Positions 45,427 to 55,500 of a stretch of DNA of 64,000 nucleotides are shown here, piece by piece. The position numbers and the translations under genes are program-made. How positions within the stretch are numbered: the stretch's first letter is position 1; each line of letters begins with the position of its first letter. The notes under the pieces are model-generated. The model ran no database searches and had not been told where the DNA came from. It saw nothing but the letters and a program-made list of their open reading frames with translations. Source of the DNA: a virus; the IMG/VR virus record IMGVR_UViG_3300026875_000002; one strand, given 5' to 3'.

Positions 45427-46671
45427 ATGAATAATTTCATATTACCAGATAGTGCATTTGCACCAGGTGTAATACCATCCTACGATGAATTAAACAAAAA
45501 CAAACATGGAGTAATCAGATGGTTACCACAAAACAAATTATTATCTGAAACAGCTGCATACACAGCAAAAAGTGCTAATCGTATGAGCTTTGAATCAAAT
45601 GTAGGTGAACCATTCTATCACACAGATAATGGATCAATAGTAAAACCCGGTATGCTTCCAGCAGCAGAAGCAACAGCATTTCTAGCTGAAAGAACATACA
45701 GAAGCACATTCCACAAACTATGTAATTATGAACCATTAATTGCAAAGGAAACCAAACGTGTATACTATGGTGTTGATGAAAACATAGAAGGTCTTGCAAA
45801 TATACAAGATGGAAAACAAAGAGTAAGAAACGACATCAAAAGAGATACACACAAAACTAGAGATAAAGTACTAAGAAGTGAAACATACGTAGAAACAGCA
45901 GACTTCACAAGAGAAGACCTTAAAAACAATCTTGAGGGTCAACGATTCCTACAAACATACATCAACACAATCAGTCAAAAAAGAGAATGGAATTTAGGAT
46001 TACTTGAATTATATTCTAAAAAAGATACAACAGCAGGGGACACTAGTGGACTTCATGTAAATGATGGATTATTCAAACAATTAGATGATGCATATACCTT
46101 CTACAAAGAACACCTTGAAGACACAGATAGTGTACTATACGGACAAGGATACTATTGTGGTATTCATGGAACAGGTACTGATAAAATACCACTCGACTTC
46201 ACAAAAACAGATAGAAACCAAAGTGGAAACATTATAGAACAATTAGTTGACATGAACACACAATATTACACACAGCAAGGTCTTGACCAACAACAATTCC
46301 TAGTAAGTCCAGAAGCATATGGTAACCTAGGTAAACTTGCAAGTAGCAGAGAAACAGAACGTGGGGATAAATTATACTTTGATGGAGATGCACTAAGAGT
46401 AAATGGAGTACCAGTAATACCATGTATGGAACTTGGACTCCCACGTAATGGATACAAACAACATGTACTCCTAGGTAACTTCAGAAGTGGTGTAACAAAT
46501 GGATTCAGAGAAGAATTTAACACTGAAATTAATTATGATTTCAATGAATTCATGTGGAAAGTATCCACCTTTGTCGAATTTGGTACACTCCTTGAACATG
46601 AACAAGATGTACTTGCAGCTGAAGTAACTGGTCTTCCAACTCAGAAAGCAGAGACAAAGGTAACGCCCTAA
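45427..46671 (+). CDS. Major capsid protein (HK97 fold)
   Basis: Follows the protease; G.L...A..F, NDGLFKQ, GVPVI, LLGNF..G motifs. Confidence 0.85.
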   Translation: MNNFILPDSAFAPGVIPSYDELNKNKHGVIRWLPQNKLLSETAAYTAKSANRMSFESNVGEPFYHTDNGSIVKPGMLPAAEATAFLAERTYRSTFHKLCNYEPLIAKETKRVYYGVDENIEGLANIQDGKQRVRNDIKRDTHKTRDKVLRSETYVETADFTREDLKNNLEGQRFLQTYINTISQKREWNLGLLELYSKKDTTAGDTSGLHVNDGLFKQLDDAYTFYKEHLEDTDSVLYGQGYYCGIHGTGTDKIPLDFTKTDRNQSGNIIEQLVDMNTQYYTQQGLDQQQFLVSPEAYGNLGKLASSRETERGDKLYFDGDALRVNGVPVIPCMELGLPRNGYKQHVLLGNFRSGVTNGFREEFNTEINYDFNEFMWKVSTFVEFGTLLEHEQDVLAAEVTGLPTQKAETKVTP

Positions 46672-46765
46672 CCCTGCAAAATCAAGTATAGGTATAACAG
46701 TATTTGAAGACTGATAAACCAGTAGTAGATAATACATTTGTCAAGGAGGGAGGTGAAAAAGTACT

Positions 46766-47317
46766 ATGACAGAAGAAACCAAAGAAAAAACAACTCTTGC
46801 AAATGCAACAGTAATCCTTGAAGGAAAAAGAAATAGTTTCACTGGTGAAACTGGAGAAACAGGAAATGTTGACTTCACAAAATTACCTCCAGATACATAC
46901 ACACTTCTGGTACAAAAAGAAGGATATGAAGACTACGTCCACAAAAAACCAATAAAAATAGATGAAAAGAAATACAACAACATCCAACTCAACATCAAAT
47001 TAAAACCACTTGAAACAGAACAAGAAACAACAACAGATGAAGAGGATACAACAAGAACAATCATAATAGAGACAGAACCTGTAATAGAAGGAGCAGAAAT
47101 AAACTTATTATCAGACAATGAAATAATAAAAACTGCAACAACAGACAATACAGGAATTGTAACATTTGAGGATGTACAATTTGGGTCCTACACAATACAA
47201 TCAAACACAGTAGGATATGAAGAAGTCACAAAAAATATCACAATAAACAGTAACAATAAAAATCCACGAACTATCAGTATATCATTTGTAGAAACAACTA
47301 ATAATACAGAGGAGTGA
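46766..47317 (+). CDS. Ig-like (carboxypeptidase-regulatory/PEGA-like) decoration protein
   Basis: Two NATV/GAEI...TD..G.V.F..L..G.YT....GY repeats. Confidence 0.65.
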   Translation: MTEETKEKTTLANATVILEGKRNSFTGETGETGNVDFTKLPPDTYTLLVQKEGYEDYVHKKPIKIDEKKYNNIQLNIKLKPLETEQETTTDEEDTTRTIIIETEPVIEGAEINLLSDNEIIKTATTDNTGIVTFEDVQFGSYTIQSNTVGYEEVTKNITINSNNKNPRTISISFVETTNNTEE

Positions 47318-47323
47318 AAACAA

Positions 47324-47773
47324 ATGAATACAATAGTAGAAGATGTACTCATATATCTTCCGGAATGGACAATTAAACCACCATCTAAACCACATAAGGA
47401 ATATGCAAAAGCATTCCTAGAAAATGATTCAAATGAACTAACAAGTGAAATAAATGTAAGAAAACATATTTCACCAGAAGAGATACTGAAAACATATCAT
47501 TTAACAAAAATAAGAGTATCTAATTATTTATGTCGTAAACAAGTTCCAAATGTTAATACATGTTATGTAGCTACATGCATGTGGACAGCAGGGGTACTTG
47601 AAGAAAAATATAAATTTAAAAGTATAACACGTTCACAATTAATAGTAGATGCTCAGAAAATGTTAGCACCATATATTAAGCATTATTTCAGAGTGCTTAA
47701 TGGACATCCTCACCATCATTGTAAACCTATTTTTCATAATGAAATCCATCTAACCGTGTATGAGGATGAGTAA
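47324..47773 (+). CDS. Head-tail adaptor-like protein
   Basis: Position after the capsid genes; helical, A.KMLAPY motif. Confidence 0.55.
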   Translation: MNTIVEDVLIYLPEWTIKPPSKPHKEYAKAFLENDSNELTSEINVRKHISPEEILKTYHLTKIRVSNYLCRKQVPNVNTCYVATCMWTAGVLEEKYKFKSITRSQLIVDAQKMLAPYIKHYFRVLNGHPHHHCKPIFHNEIHLTVYEDE

Positions 47774-47778
47774 TTTTT

Positions 47779-48267
47779 ATGCCAGGACGTTATTCTCATA
47801 GTATATATATTAAGTGTAATATACGTGCTTTAGAAAATCTTGACTTACCCGTACCATTTTTTCCAATCAAAAAAATGCTCCGAAGATCAGCACAGGAAAT
47901 TGAAAAACAAGTTGATTTCATTGTACCTGAACTTGCAGAATACAGTCAAGTAGCACAACGTAGTGCACTTGCAGATACAGGTAGTATAATAACAGGAAAA
48001 CTCGATGAAAGTATACGAATTAAGAATGGACATAATTATGCGGATATTGGGACAAGTCTATTCTATGCACAATATGTTGAAGAAGGACGGGGCCCAGTAC
48101 ATGCAAAAAATAAACCATACCTAGTATTTAAAATACCTGGACGAGGATGGATAAGAAAAAAAAGTGTAGGACCTGCACCTGCACGCTACTTTGTAAAAAG
48201 AAGTAGTAAGGAATTAGCAAAAGAAATACCTAAACGTCTTGAAGCGTTAGGTGATGCAATAGGATGA
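47779..48267 (+). CDS. Neck/tail completion protein (HK97 gp10-like)
   Basis: TGKLDESI, YAQYVEEGRG, GPAPARYFV motifs. Confidence 0.8.
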   Translation: MPGRYSHSIYIKCNIRALENLDLPVPFFPIKKMLRRSAQEIEKQVDFIVPELAEYSQVAQRSALADTGSIITGKLDESIRIKNGHNYADIGTSLFYAQYVEEGRGPVHAKNKPYLVFKIPGRGWIRKKSVGPAPARYFVKRSSKELAKEIPKRLEALGDAIG

Positions 48268-48277
48268 TTGATGAATT

Positions 48278-48949
48278 ATGGTGCAACAATATAACAATAC
48301 ACCACCAAGAGAAGGACTTGAAGCTCTTGAAAGTGATATTGAATTCTATAATATGTTAATAGATCAACAAAGAGATGGGGACTCACTACTATCTCGTTTT
48401 AATATTGTATTAAGTGCACATTATGAGGATTATGATGCAGAAGAAGTTAATACAATATATGTAGTACGAGGAAAATCAGAGAATATACGTACAAGTACTG
48501 AAGCAGAATGGTTTGCAGTACATATTCAAGTAATAATTCAAGTTAGTAATAATGATTCTCTTATAGCAAATCAAATACTTCGTTCAACGTATAGACGTAT
48601 AAAATCATACCTTGTACGTAATCCTATATGGGGATTTATGACTACAGATACATTAACACCTCTCTATCGTAGTGATGGATGTGTTAGTGAATTTGTAATA
48701 GATTTCACTGCTACAGAAGTAGAAGAATTTGAATTATATAATGAATTAGATGACTGGGAATTAGACTTATGCCTAACTGCTGGTATAGATGGAACTGATG
48801 AATTAAATAAAATATTCCCCCCACTAGAAATAGTGAAAGAGAAAATACCTCATCATAAAATACAACAAACAATAAAAGAGGAAAACTCTGAAGAAATAAG
48901 CAAACAAATAAATAAAATACACTCCAAACAAAGGAGGATGTTTAACTAA
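48278..48949 (+). CDS. Tail terminator-like protein
   Basis: Position between the neck gene and the sheath. Confidence 0.5.
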   Translation: MVQQYNNTPPREGLEALESDIEFYNMLIDQQRDGDSLLSRFNIVLSAHYEDYDAEEVNTIYVVRGKSENIRTSTEAEWFAVHIQVIIQVSNNDSLIANQILRSTYRRIKSYLVRNPIWGFMTTDTLTPLYRSDGCVSEFVIDFTATEVEEFELYNELDDWELDLCLTAGIDGTDELNKIFPPLEIVKEKIPHHKIQQTIKEENSEEISKQINKIHSKQRRMFN

Positions 48950-50319
48950 TGACAATGGATATAAATACAAGAATAGAACTTTCCAATGAAACTATAAAAA
49001 ATAATACTGTTCCTGGACAAGCAGGAAAAGTAGGACTTATTGGTGCATTTCCAAGTATCAATCAAGATGTACATGCATATACAAATCTTGCAAATTTAAG
49101 AGCAGATTATGGTATAGTAGCAAATAGTGGAAGTGAAAAAAACTTTGATGGTGCAGTTGCAGCAAAACGTATCTTCATGGATGGTATTGAAGATTATGAT
49201 GGTGCAAGTAGCATTACTACTGTGAATATCTGTGATGAAAAACTTGATACCAGTAAAATAAGTGTACAAGTAAATGATGGTAGTGAATCAACAGAGGATA
49301 ATGAAAATGGTGCGAATGCAATAGTAAATACTGATAAAGCAACACTCCTCAGTTACAGCAAACTTAGAACTGCCCTTACTAAACTTGCTGATGAAGATAT
49401 TGATTTACTATTCATATCAGCAGATATCAATAATGCAATACCAAAAACAGGAGATGTACTATATGATGGTACAAAGCTTGAAAAAGATGGATCAATCGAC
49501 AATGTACTAGACCTCATCTTATACTACTTGAACAAAATCTACTCTACCAAAAAACCATGTAACTGGATATATTGGATGAACTGTGTAACAGGTGCAACAG
49601 AAGGACAGGAAACAGAAGGAATAGGTAGTAAAATAATCAATGTAAAAGAAGCGGTAAGACAAGCAGAATACATTGCACAACATGATACAACAAATCTTGC
49701 AACAGCAGGATTATACTACCAACCAGGATACATACGAAAAAGTACATATGGTACAAGTCAAACAGTAGGTAGAATGGAAATAGCAGCACATATGACCGGA
49801 TTCACTGCTAGTTTACCAGTAACACAATCACTTACTAATCAGACCATCCCTGGAATAACTGGAGTTACAGAAGAAGCATACTTTGGTGAAAAAGATGCAG
49901 GGGGACTCCTCATGAATGCAGGCATACAAGTCATCAAACCAAATGACAGACTTAATGGTACTTACTGTGTAAAAAATAGTATTCAACCAAACTTCTTTGA
50001 TGTTAATCATATAAGAGCAGTAACATACCTTCTTAAACAATACAATCTTATCGATACAATTGGTGAAGAAACCTATGATATAAATATTGAAGCACTAAAA
50101 GCACAACTTGAAGCAATCAATAAAGATGTGCTTGCAACAGTACCTGTAATCAAAGAAATAACAGTAGGTAATCATAAAATATTATCCCCATGGAAAATTT
50201 ACATCCCAATTAACATCAAATTATATGGTACAATAGATGTAATTAAAATTGGAGTTAACATGGAAATAGTAGATGAATCGAATGCTACAGAAGTTACAAG
50301 TACAATTGTAGTTTCCTAA
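48949..50319 (+). CDS. Tail sheath protein
   Basis: GKVGLIGAF N-terminus, SLTNQTIPG, LMNAGIQVI, C-terminal I.I.I; precedes the tube; baseplate genes are present. Confidence 0.75.
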   Translation: MTMDINTRIELSNETIKNNTVPGQAGKVGLIGAFPSINQDVHAYTNLANLRADYGIVANSGSEKNFDGAVAAKRIFMDGIEDYDGASSITTVNICDEKLDTSKISVQVNDGSESTEDNENGANAIVNTDKATLLSYSKLRTALTKLADEDIDLLFISADINNAIPKTGDVLYDGTKLEKDGSIDNVLDLILYYLNKIYSTKKPCNWIYWMNCVTGATEGQETEGIGSKIINVKEAVRQAEYIAQHDTTNLATAGLYYQPGYIRKSTYGTSQTVGRMEIAAHMTGFTASLPVTQSLTNQTIPGITGVTEEAYFGEKDAGGLLMNAGIQVIKPNDRLNGTYCVKNSIQPNFFDVNHIRAVTYLLKQYNLIDTIGEETYDINIEALKAQLEAINKDVLATVPVIKEITVGNHKILSPWKIYIPINIKLYGTIDVIKIGVNMEIVDESNATEVTSTIVVS

Positions 50320-50362
50320 AGAAAATATAACATTAAATTACTTTTTTGAGGTGTAAAAGAAT

Positions 50363-50767
50363 ATGGCAACAAAAACTCAAACATTATATGATACAACACT
50401 ATTCATAGATGGTGTTCCAGTAAGTTGGGCTACAGAAGTAGAATTTACTGGAGAATATGAAAGTGAAAAAGAAAAAACTCATAGCGGAACAATGACAAAA
50501 ACAAACACTCAACCTGGATGTAGTATTGATATTACAAAATATACTAAATTCAATGCTACAAGTGAAAATAGTTTACTTGATGCTATTGATAAATTAGCAG
50601 TTCAAGGTGGAACTGTTACTATGGTTGTACGTGAACCTCAAGCATCTTTTGTAATTAATGCTTATGGTTGTAGGCCAGATGAAGAAACATACACTAACAA
50701 TCCTGGTGAATTCCTTGAGATAGGAATTAATCTTGTTGGTGAATCATTTGAAAGGTATTATGTTTAA
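50363..50767 (+). CDS. Tail tube protein
   Basis: 134-aa beta-rich ORF after the sheath. Confidence 0.7.
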   Translation: MATKTQTLYDTTLFIDGVPVSWATEVEFTGEYESEKEKTHSGTMTKTNTQPGCSIDITKYTKFNATSENSLLDAIDKLAVQGGTVTMVVREPQASFVINAYGCRPDEETYTNNPGEFLEIGINLVGESFERYYV

Positions 50768-50908
50768 ATTAAAATAGTTTACCTCCCCCCCCCACATTCT
50801 CCTCCATATTATAAGACATGTTTTTATATTATTTTAATTCTATTAGCTTATTAACTTATTCTTTAAATGAATTAAAATAATTTACTCCATTAAATAAAAT
50901 AAAAAGAG

Positions 50909-51547
50909 ATGAATACAATGAATAAAGAAGAATACACAGAAAAAATCAAACAAATAGAAAAAGAAGCACCACAAAAACCAGAAGTAACATTCAATGAAGC
51001 ACAACCACAACCAAAAATAAATCCTGAAGCATTTGAAATGAAAAAAGGAGATCCAACAAACAGAGACAAAATCAGAGACTTAATCAACAAATACGATGAT
51101 CAAATACCAATACATACAAAAGAAGAAAGAGAACAAGAAAACAAGGATAAATCACTCACAGAATTATCTTTAGAACAACAAACAGAAGAAGCATTAGATA
51201 TAAGTGAATTTCTACAAACACCAGAATACATAAGGATGGGAACTGATGCAAGAACAGCAATTCCAATCAAACTGTATGGAAAAACATACAATATTTACAT
51301 CAGACCACTTTCATCAAACGAATATTACAAACTACAACTAAAACAGATAAATGAGAAAAAAAGTCTCAACTATCTTGCAGCTGTAAAAGTATGTACTGAT
51401 GTGAATGGTAATACACTTCCAAGTAAATTCTGGGATACTCTTGGATTTGAACTTGTGGAACGTATTGGGGAAGCAATAAGTATAGCTAGTGGTGGAGAAC
51501 CACAAGAAAAAGTACAAGAAGCGATATCAAAGTTACTCGAAGATTAG
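50909..51547 (+). CDS. Tail assembly chaperone
   Basis: IYIRPLSSNEY motif; follows the tube. Confidence 0.7.
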   Translation: MNTMNKEEYTEKIKQIEKEAPQKPEVTFNEAQPQPKINPEAFEMKKGDPTNRDKIRDLINKYDDQIPIHTKEEREQENKDKSLTELSLEQQTEEALDISEFLQTPEYIRMGTDARTAIPIKLYGKTYNIYIRPLSSNEYYKLQLKQINEKKSLNYLAAVKVCTDVNGNTLPSKFWDTLGFELVERIGEAISIASGGEPQEKVQEAISKLLED

Positions 51548-51549
51548 AT

Positions 51550-51738
51550 TTGAATAAACGTGGAAATTTATCCTATCTTACTCAATTGTATTGGAGTAGT
51601 GGGTATGATCCACGTATTGTTTTTTTTAATTATCCTGAACTTACTTTTTTCCAAGAGTATCTATTGAATATCATGTTTATTAAGATTGTTGAATATAAAA
51701 ATAAAGAACTTGAAGGCGTATTTCCAACGCTTAACTAA
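51550..51738 (+). CDS. Second tail chaperone ORF (possible frameshift extension)
   Basis: In the -1 frame relative to the upstream chaperone; TTG start without a clear RBS. Confidence 0.5.
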   Translation: MNKRGNLSYLTQLYWSSGYDPRIVFFNYPELTFFQEYLLNIMFIKIVEYKNKELEGVFPTLN

Positions 51739-51750
51739 TTTTGACCTATT

Positions 51751-52599
51751 ATGTCTAATGAAATCTATGATAAATTTACTAAATCATTATCTAATTTTAT
51801 CCAAACAAATCAGGAACTTAATCCACCGATTATTCTTGGTTATATTACCGCTGTAAGTGGTAATCGTAAATTTGCAGATGTACAGATAACCGCAGGTAGT
51901 GCTACTGGTGTTCTTTCAAGTGTACCATGTAAAGGTTTTCCTGTTGTTGGAGATACAGTTACTGTACTGTTTATTGGCAATAATTATGAACAAGCTATAT
52001 GTGATTGTCCTCGTAGTCTTCCTATTCCTGAGGGGGATTTACGTGAGTATTATAGTGGGCAATGTTATAATTACTTGGATAATGGTAATTTTGCAAATAA
52101 GAGTAAAAGATTTACAGGGGATTTTGAAATATATGAGGGGGAATCATTTACAGAGGATAATGAATATTCTTGTTTATTATCTGAATGTGATAAAAATCTT
52201 ATTTTTACTGTTGATATAAGTGATTGTACCTCTGATTACTTTAAATTCCAGATGAATTATAAGGGTCTTGGCCAGTTAAATATCGTCTGTAAAGACACTG
52301 ATTCAAATAAACTAATCCCCACACTGCCAGTTAATATGAGTCACACAAGTAAAACATGGATTGGTACAAATAGATGGGTGTGGAATTATAATAAAGAGGT
52401 ATACCCACGGAAGTCTGAGGGGACAATACATAAACACATACAATTTACAATAACCAATACAAGTAAAAAAGTTACAGATACCAGTATTAATAATGAGAAT
52501 AGATATGTTGCAATGCTCCTTGATTGTCTTCTTGTATATGATGAAAATGGTGATGAAAAGTATTATAACTCACTAAGAGATGTGGAGGATAGAATATGA
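51751..52599 (+). CDS. Baseplate spike-like protein (N-terminal OB fold) with a C-terminal carbohydrate-binding-like domain
   Basis: LGYITAV..FADVQ..VPCKGFPVVGDTVTVLF OB-fold pattern; NYLDNGNF CBM-like start. Confidence 0.55.
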   Translation: MSNEIYDKFTKSLSNFIQTNQELNPPIILGYITAVSGNRKFADVQITAGSATGVLSSVPCKGFPVVGDTVTVLFIGNNYEQAICDCPRSLPIPEGDLREYYSGQCYNYLDNGNFANKSKRFTGDFEIYEGESFTEDNEYSCLLSECDKNLIFTVDISDCTSDYFKFQMNYKGLGQLNIVCKDTDSNKLIPTLPVNMSHTSKTWIGTNRWVWNYNKEVYPRKSEGTIHKHIQFTITNTSKKVTDTSINNENRYVAMLLDCLLVYDENGDEKYYNSLRDVEDRI

Positions 52600-55500
52600 G
52601 TGGTCAAAATTACAAGTTCACAATAGATATTGATGCAGAAGTCAATGAAAAACCATTACAAAAAGCAGTAGTATTACTCAAAGAAATAATGACACTCGGT
52701 GATGGAGTAAAAGACAAACTCAAAGGACTTGACACAAAAATCAATATAAACACTACAAACGCAACAAAAAACGTTGATGACATAATAAATAGTGCGGGTA
52801 ATGCTCAACAAGCAGTAAAAGGACTGGATGGTCAGGACGTAACACTTGACACAAAAGGTGCTGTAACAGGTCTGCAAAATGTTGAACATGAAGCAGGTAA
52901 CGCTCAACAAGCAGTGAACAGTTTCGATGGTGCCAGTCTTGAGGGTCTTGCGACTAGTGTGAATAATGCTGCGAAAAGTTTTGACACCTTAGCAAGTAAA
53001 GCTGAAAATGCTTACAAAAGTACAAGTAAAGTATCACAAAAAAGTGGAAAAAGTAGTGGTGGTTTTGGCAGTTCCCTTTCTAGTGCAGCCAGTGGGCTTG
53101 GTGGTAGTGGAATACTATCTTACCTGGGTCTTGGTACTGCATATGATGCGACTGTGGGCAATGCAATGACCAAGGAGATTAACCGGGTCACAAGTAGTCA
53201 ACGTGGTTATCAGATTGATGGTGCTGGAGGTCTTGATGAGATTACTAATAAGAGTCTTGTGAAGATGAATAATCTTATTCCTGCAATGAATGCTAACCAA
53301 TCAGCACTTAATGTGAATATGATGCAATATGCTGATACAATAGCTAATGTGGGAAGTAAAGTAAAAGCACTTGGATACAGTGAAGCTGAAAGTACCAATG
53401 CCATGTATGACTTGGCGAAAGGACTTAACGGTGCATTCGCCAGTCTGGACCAATACGGTATAAGCGAACAGGCCCTGATGAACACAGGCCTATGGTCGGG
53501 AAAAGCAGATGATGTTGAGGGATACTTCAAAGCAGTTGACGCTGTAGTAGGAGACACCTCCGCCTATATGGATACTCTGAGTGGTGATGTCACAACACTT
53601 GGAAAAGTATTCAGTAGTGCAGGGGGACAAATAGGACAAGAATTCAATCCTTTCCTCAGAAAAGCAGTGCAAGGAGTTACAGACTTACTCAGCAGTACTG
53701 ATGCAGAAGGGAACAAGTCACCTAACGCGCTTGGGAAAGGATTAATGGGTGCGTTCATGGTATTTAGTGCTGTTCAACCTGTCGTGGACGGACTGAATAC
53801 TGTGAAAAGTACTTTTGACACGATTAAGGATGCTGCTACGGGTGCCGCGGGGGGTGTGAAAAAAATAATCCAAGGCGCCCAAGACTTGAAGGAAAGTATA
53901 TCCGAGAAAGGATTAAAAGGTACAATCCTTGATAAGATAAAAGGTAACGATAAAGGAATGGATAGTCCCTGCGAGGATAATGACACTTGTATCAAGAATG
54001 CTCAGAAAATTGGGAAAGAAAAAAAGAAGAATAATAATCTTGATAAAAAGTCTAAAAAGACTAAAAATAAGAAAGAAAAAAGTCTGAAAGATAGAATCAA
54101 AGATAAATTCTCACGAAATAAGGAAGATAAAGGGCTTGACTCTGAACCAAGCACACATACACGAAAAGACAGAAAGCAAAGAGAAGCAGAGAAAGGAGTT
54201 CCAGGCTCACCAAAACGAAGGAAATACAATAGAGAACATGGAATTATCGAAGCAGGCCCAGGGCGTGGGGGTGATTCGAACAGGTATGGTGCGGGGTATA
54301 CTCCACGCGACCGTGCATTGGGTCGTTCCCCACAAAAACCTCGAAAACCTCGAAAACCTCGAAAACCAAAACCAAAATCAAAACCTGAGTCAACTGGGAT
54401 GGACTGGAATGATAACTGGCTAAACAAATACCAGAATAACAGTACCTCAGGCACATTCACAGGAGGAGGAGTATTCAACGCAGGGGGTGCTGGGGGCAGT
54501 ACCTCATCTACTAGGAAAACTGGGAAATCTCTTGATAAAAAATACAATAAAAGCGCTAAAAAGAAGATTAAGACAAGTCTTGGGGACTGCCCATCTGAAT
54601 GCCCTCTTGGAAACCTAGGTAAAAGCAAAGGTAAAGGTAAAGGAAAAAGTAAACCTACAAAAACGGGTAAATCAACAAGATTATCCACATCGTTAGACCC
54701 AGGATTAGGAGGTATCTCTTCAACAAAAGGGAAAACAAAAACCCCCTCACGGGATGTCAGCAAAAGTTTAAATCCAAAAGCTACAAGTAAAACAGGAGCT
54801 AATGCAGGAAAAGGAATACTCAGCAAAATGGGAAGTACCTTCAAATCAAGCGGTGCTAGTGTATTCAGTAAACTTGGGGGAGGAAAACTAGGTAAAATTG
54901 GTGGAACTATTGGAAAAACACTTGCTGGTGGAGCAGGGGGAGGTATTCTTGGAGGACTTGGAAAAGTATTTAGTAAAGGAGCCGGGGGTATACTTGGTAA
55001 GGGAATAAGTGGTGCTGTTGCAAAAGTTGGAGCAAAACTAGGAGGAAAGTTACTAGTTGGGGGACTTGTAAGTTGTATTCCTATTATTGGTCAAGTTGTT
55101 GATGCATTTCTTCTTCTCACAACAGTATTAGATCTTCTTGGTATTGATTGGTGGACTCCACTCATGGGGGGACTTCAATCTATTGCTTCAACAGTATCTG
55201 GTGTTCTGGGTCCTGCATTTGAATGGATTATGGGAGCTGCTGGTAATACTGTTCAATGGTTATCTGATGGTTTCCAACAAATATTACCAACACTTCAACA
55301 AGTTGGTTCTATGATTATGGGAGGATTAGGTCAGGCTTTCCAATTCCTTTCAAGTGTTGCTCAACAAGTATGGCCTACTATTAAAGCTGGTGCTGAAGCA
55401 GTTGGTCCAGTACTTCAGAAAATTGCTGAGATTGCTAGTGGTGTTCTTGGTCAAGCTTTCCAAACACTTTGTGATGTAGCCGGTCGTGTATGGGATGCAT

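Noticed and set aside
50308-50362. TCC-TAA at the sheath stop as a second +1 frameshift site
   Set aside because: The +1 frame closes after about 13 codons with no domain-like sequence, and TCC-TAA is not an established shift site.
25450-50793. G10 (25450), C11 (36191) and C9 (50785) homopolymers as phase-variation switches
   Set aside because: All are intergenic and not demonstrably within promoters or ORFs. Without read-level length variation there is no support.
54002-54844. 280-aa minus-strand ORF
   Set aside because: It is antisense to the A-rich basic insert of the tape measure. Its Leu/Phe-rich translation is the expected shadow of stop-poor complementary sequence.
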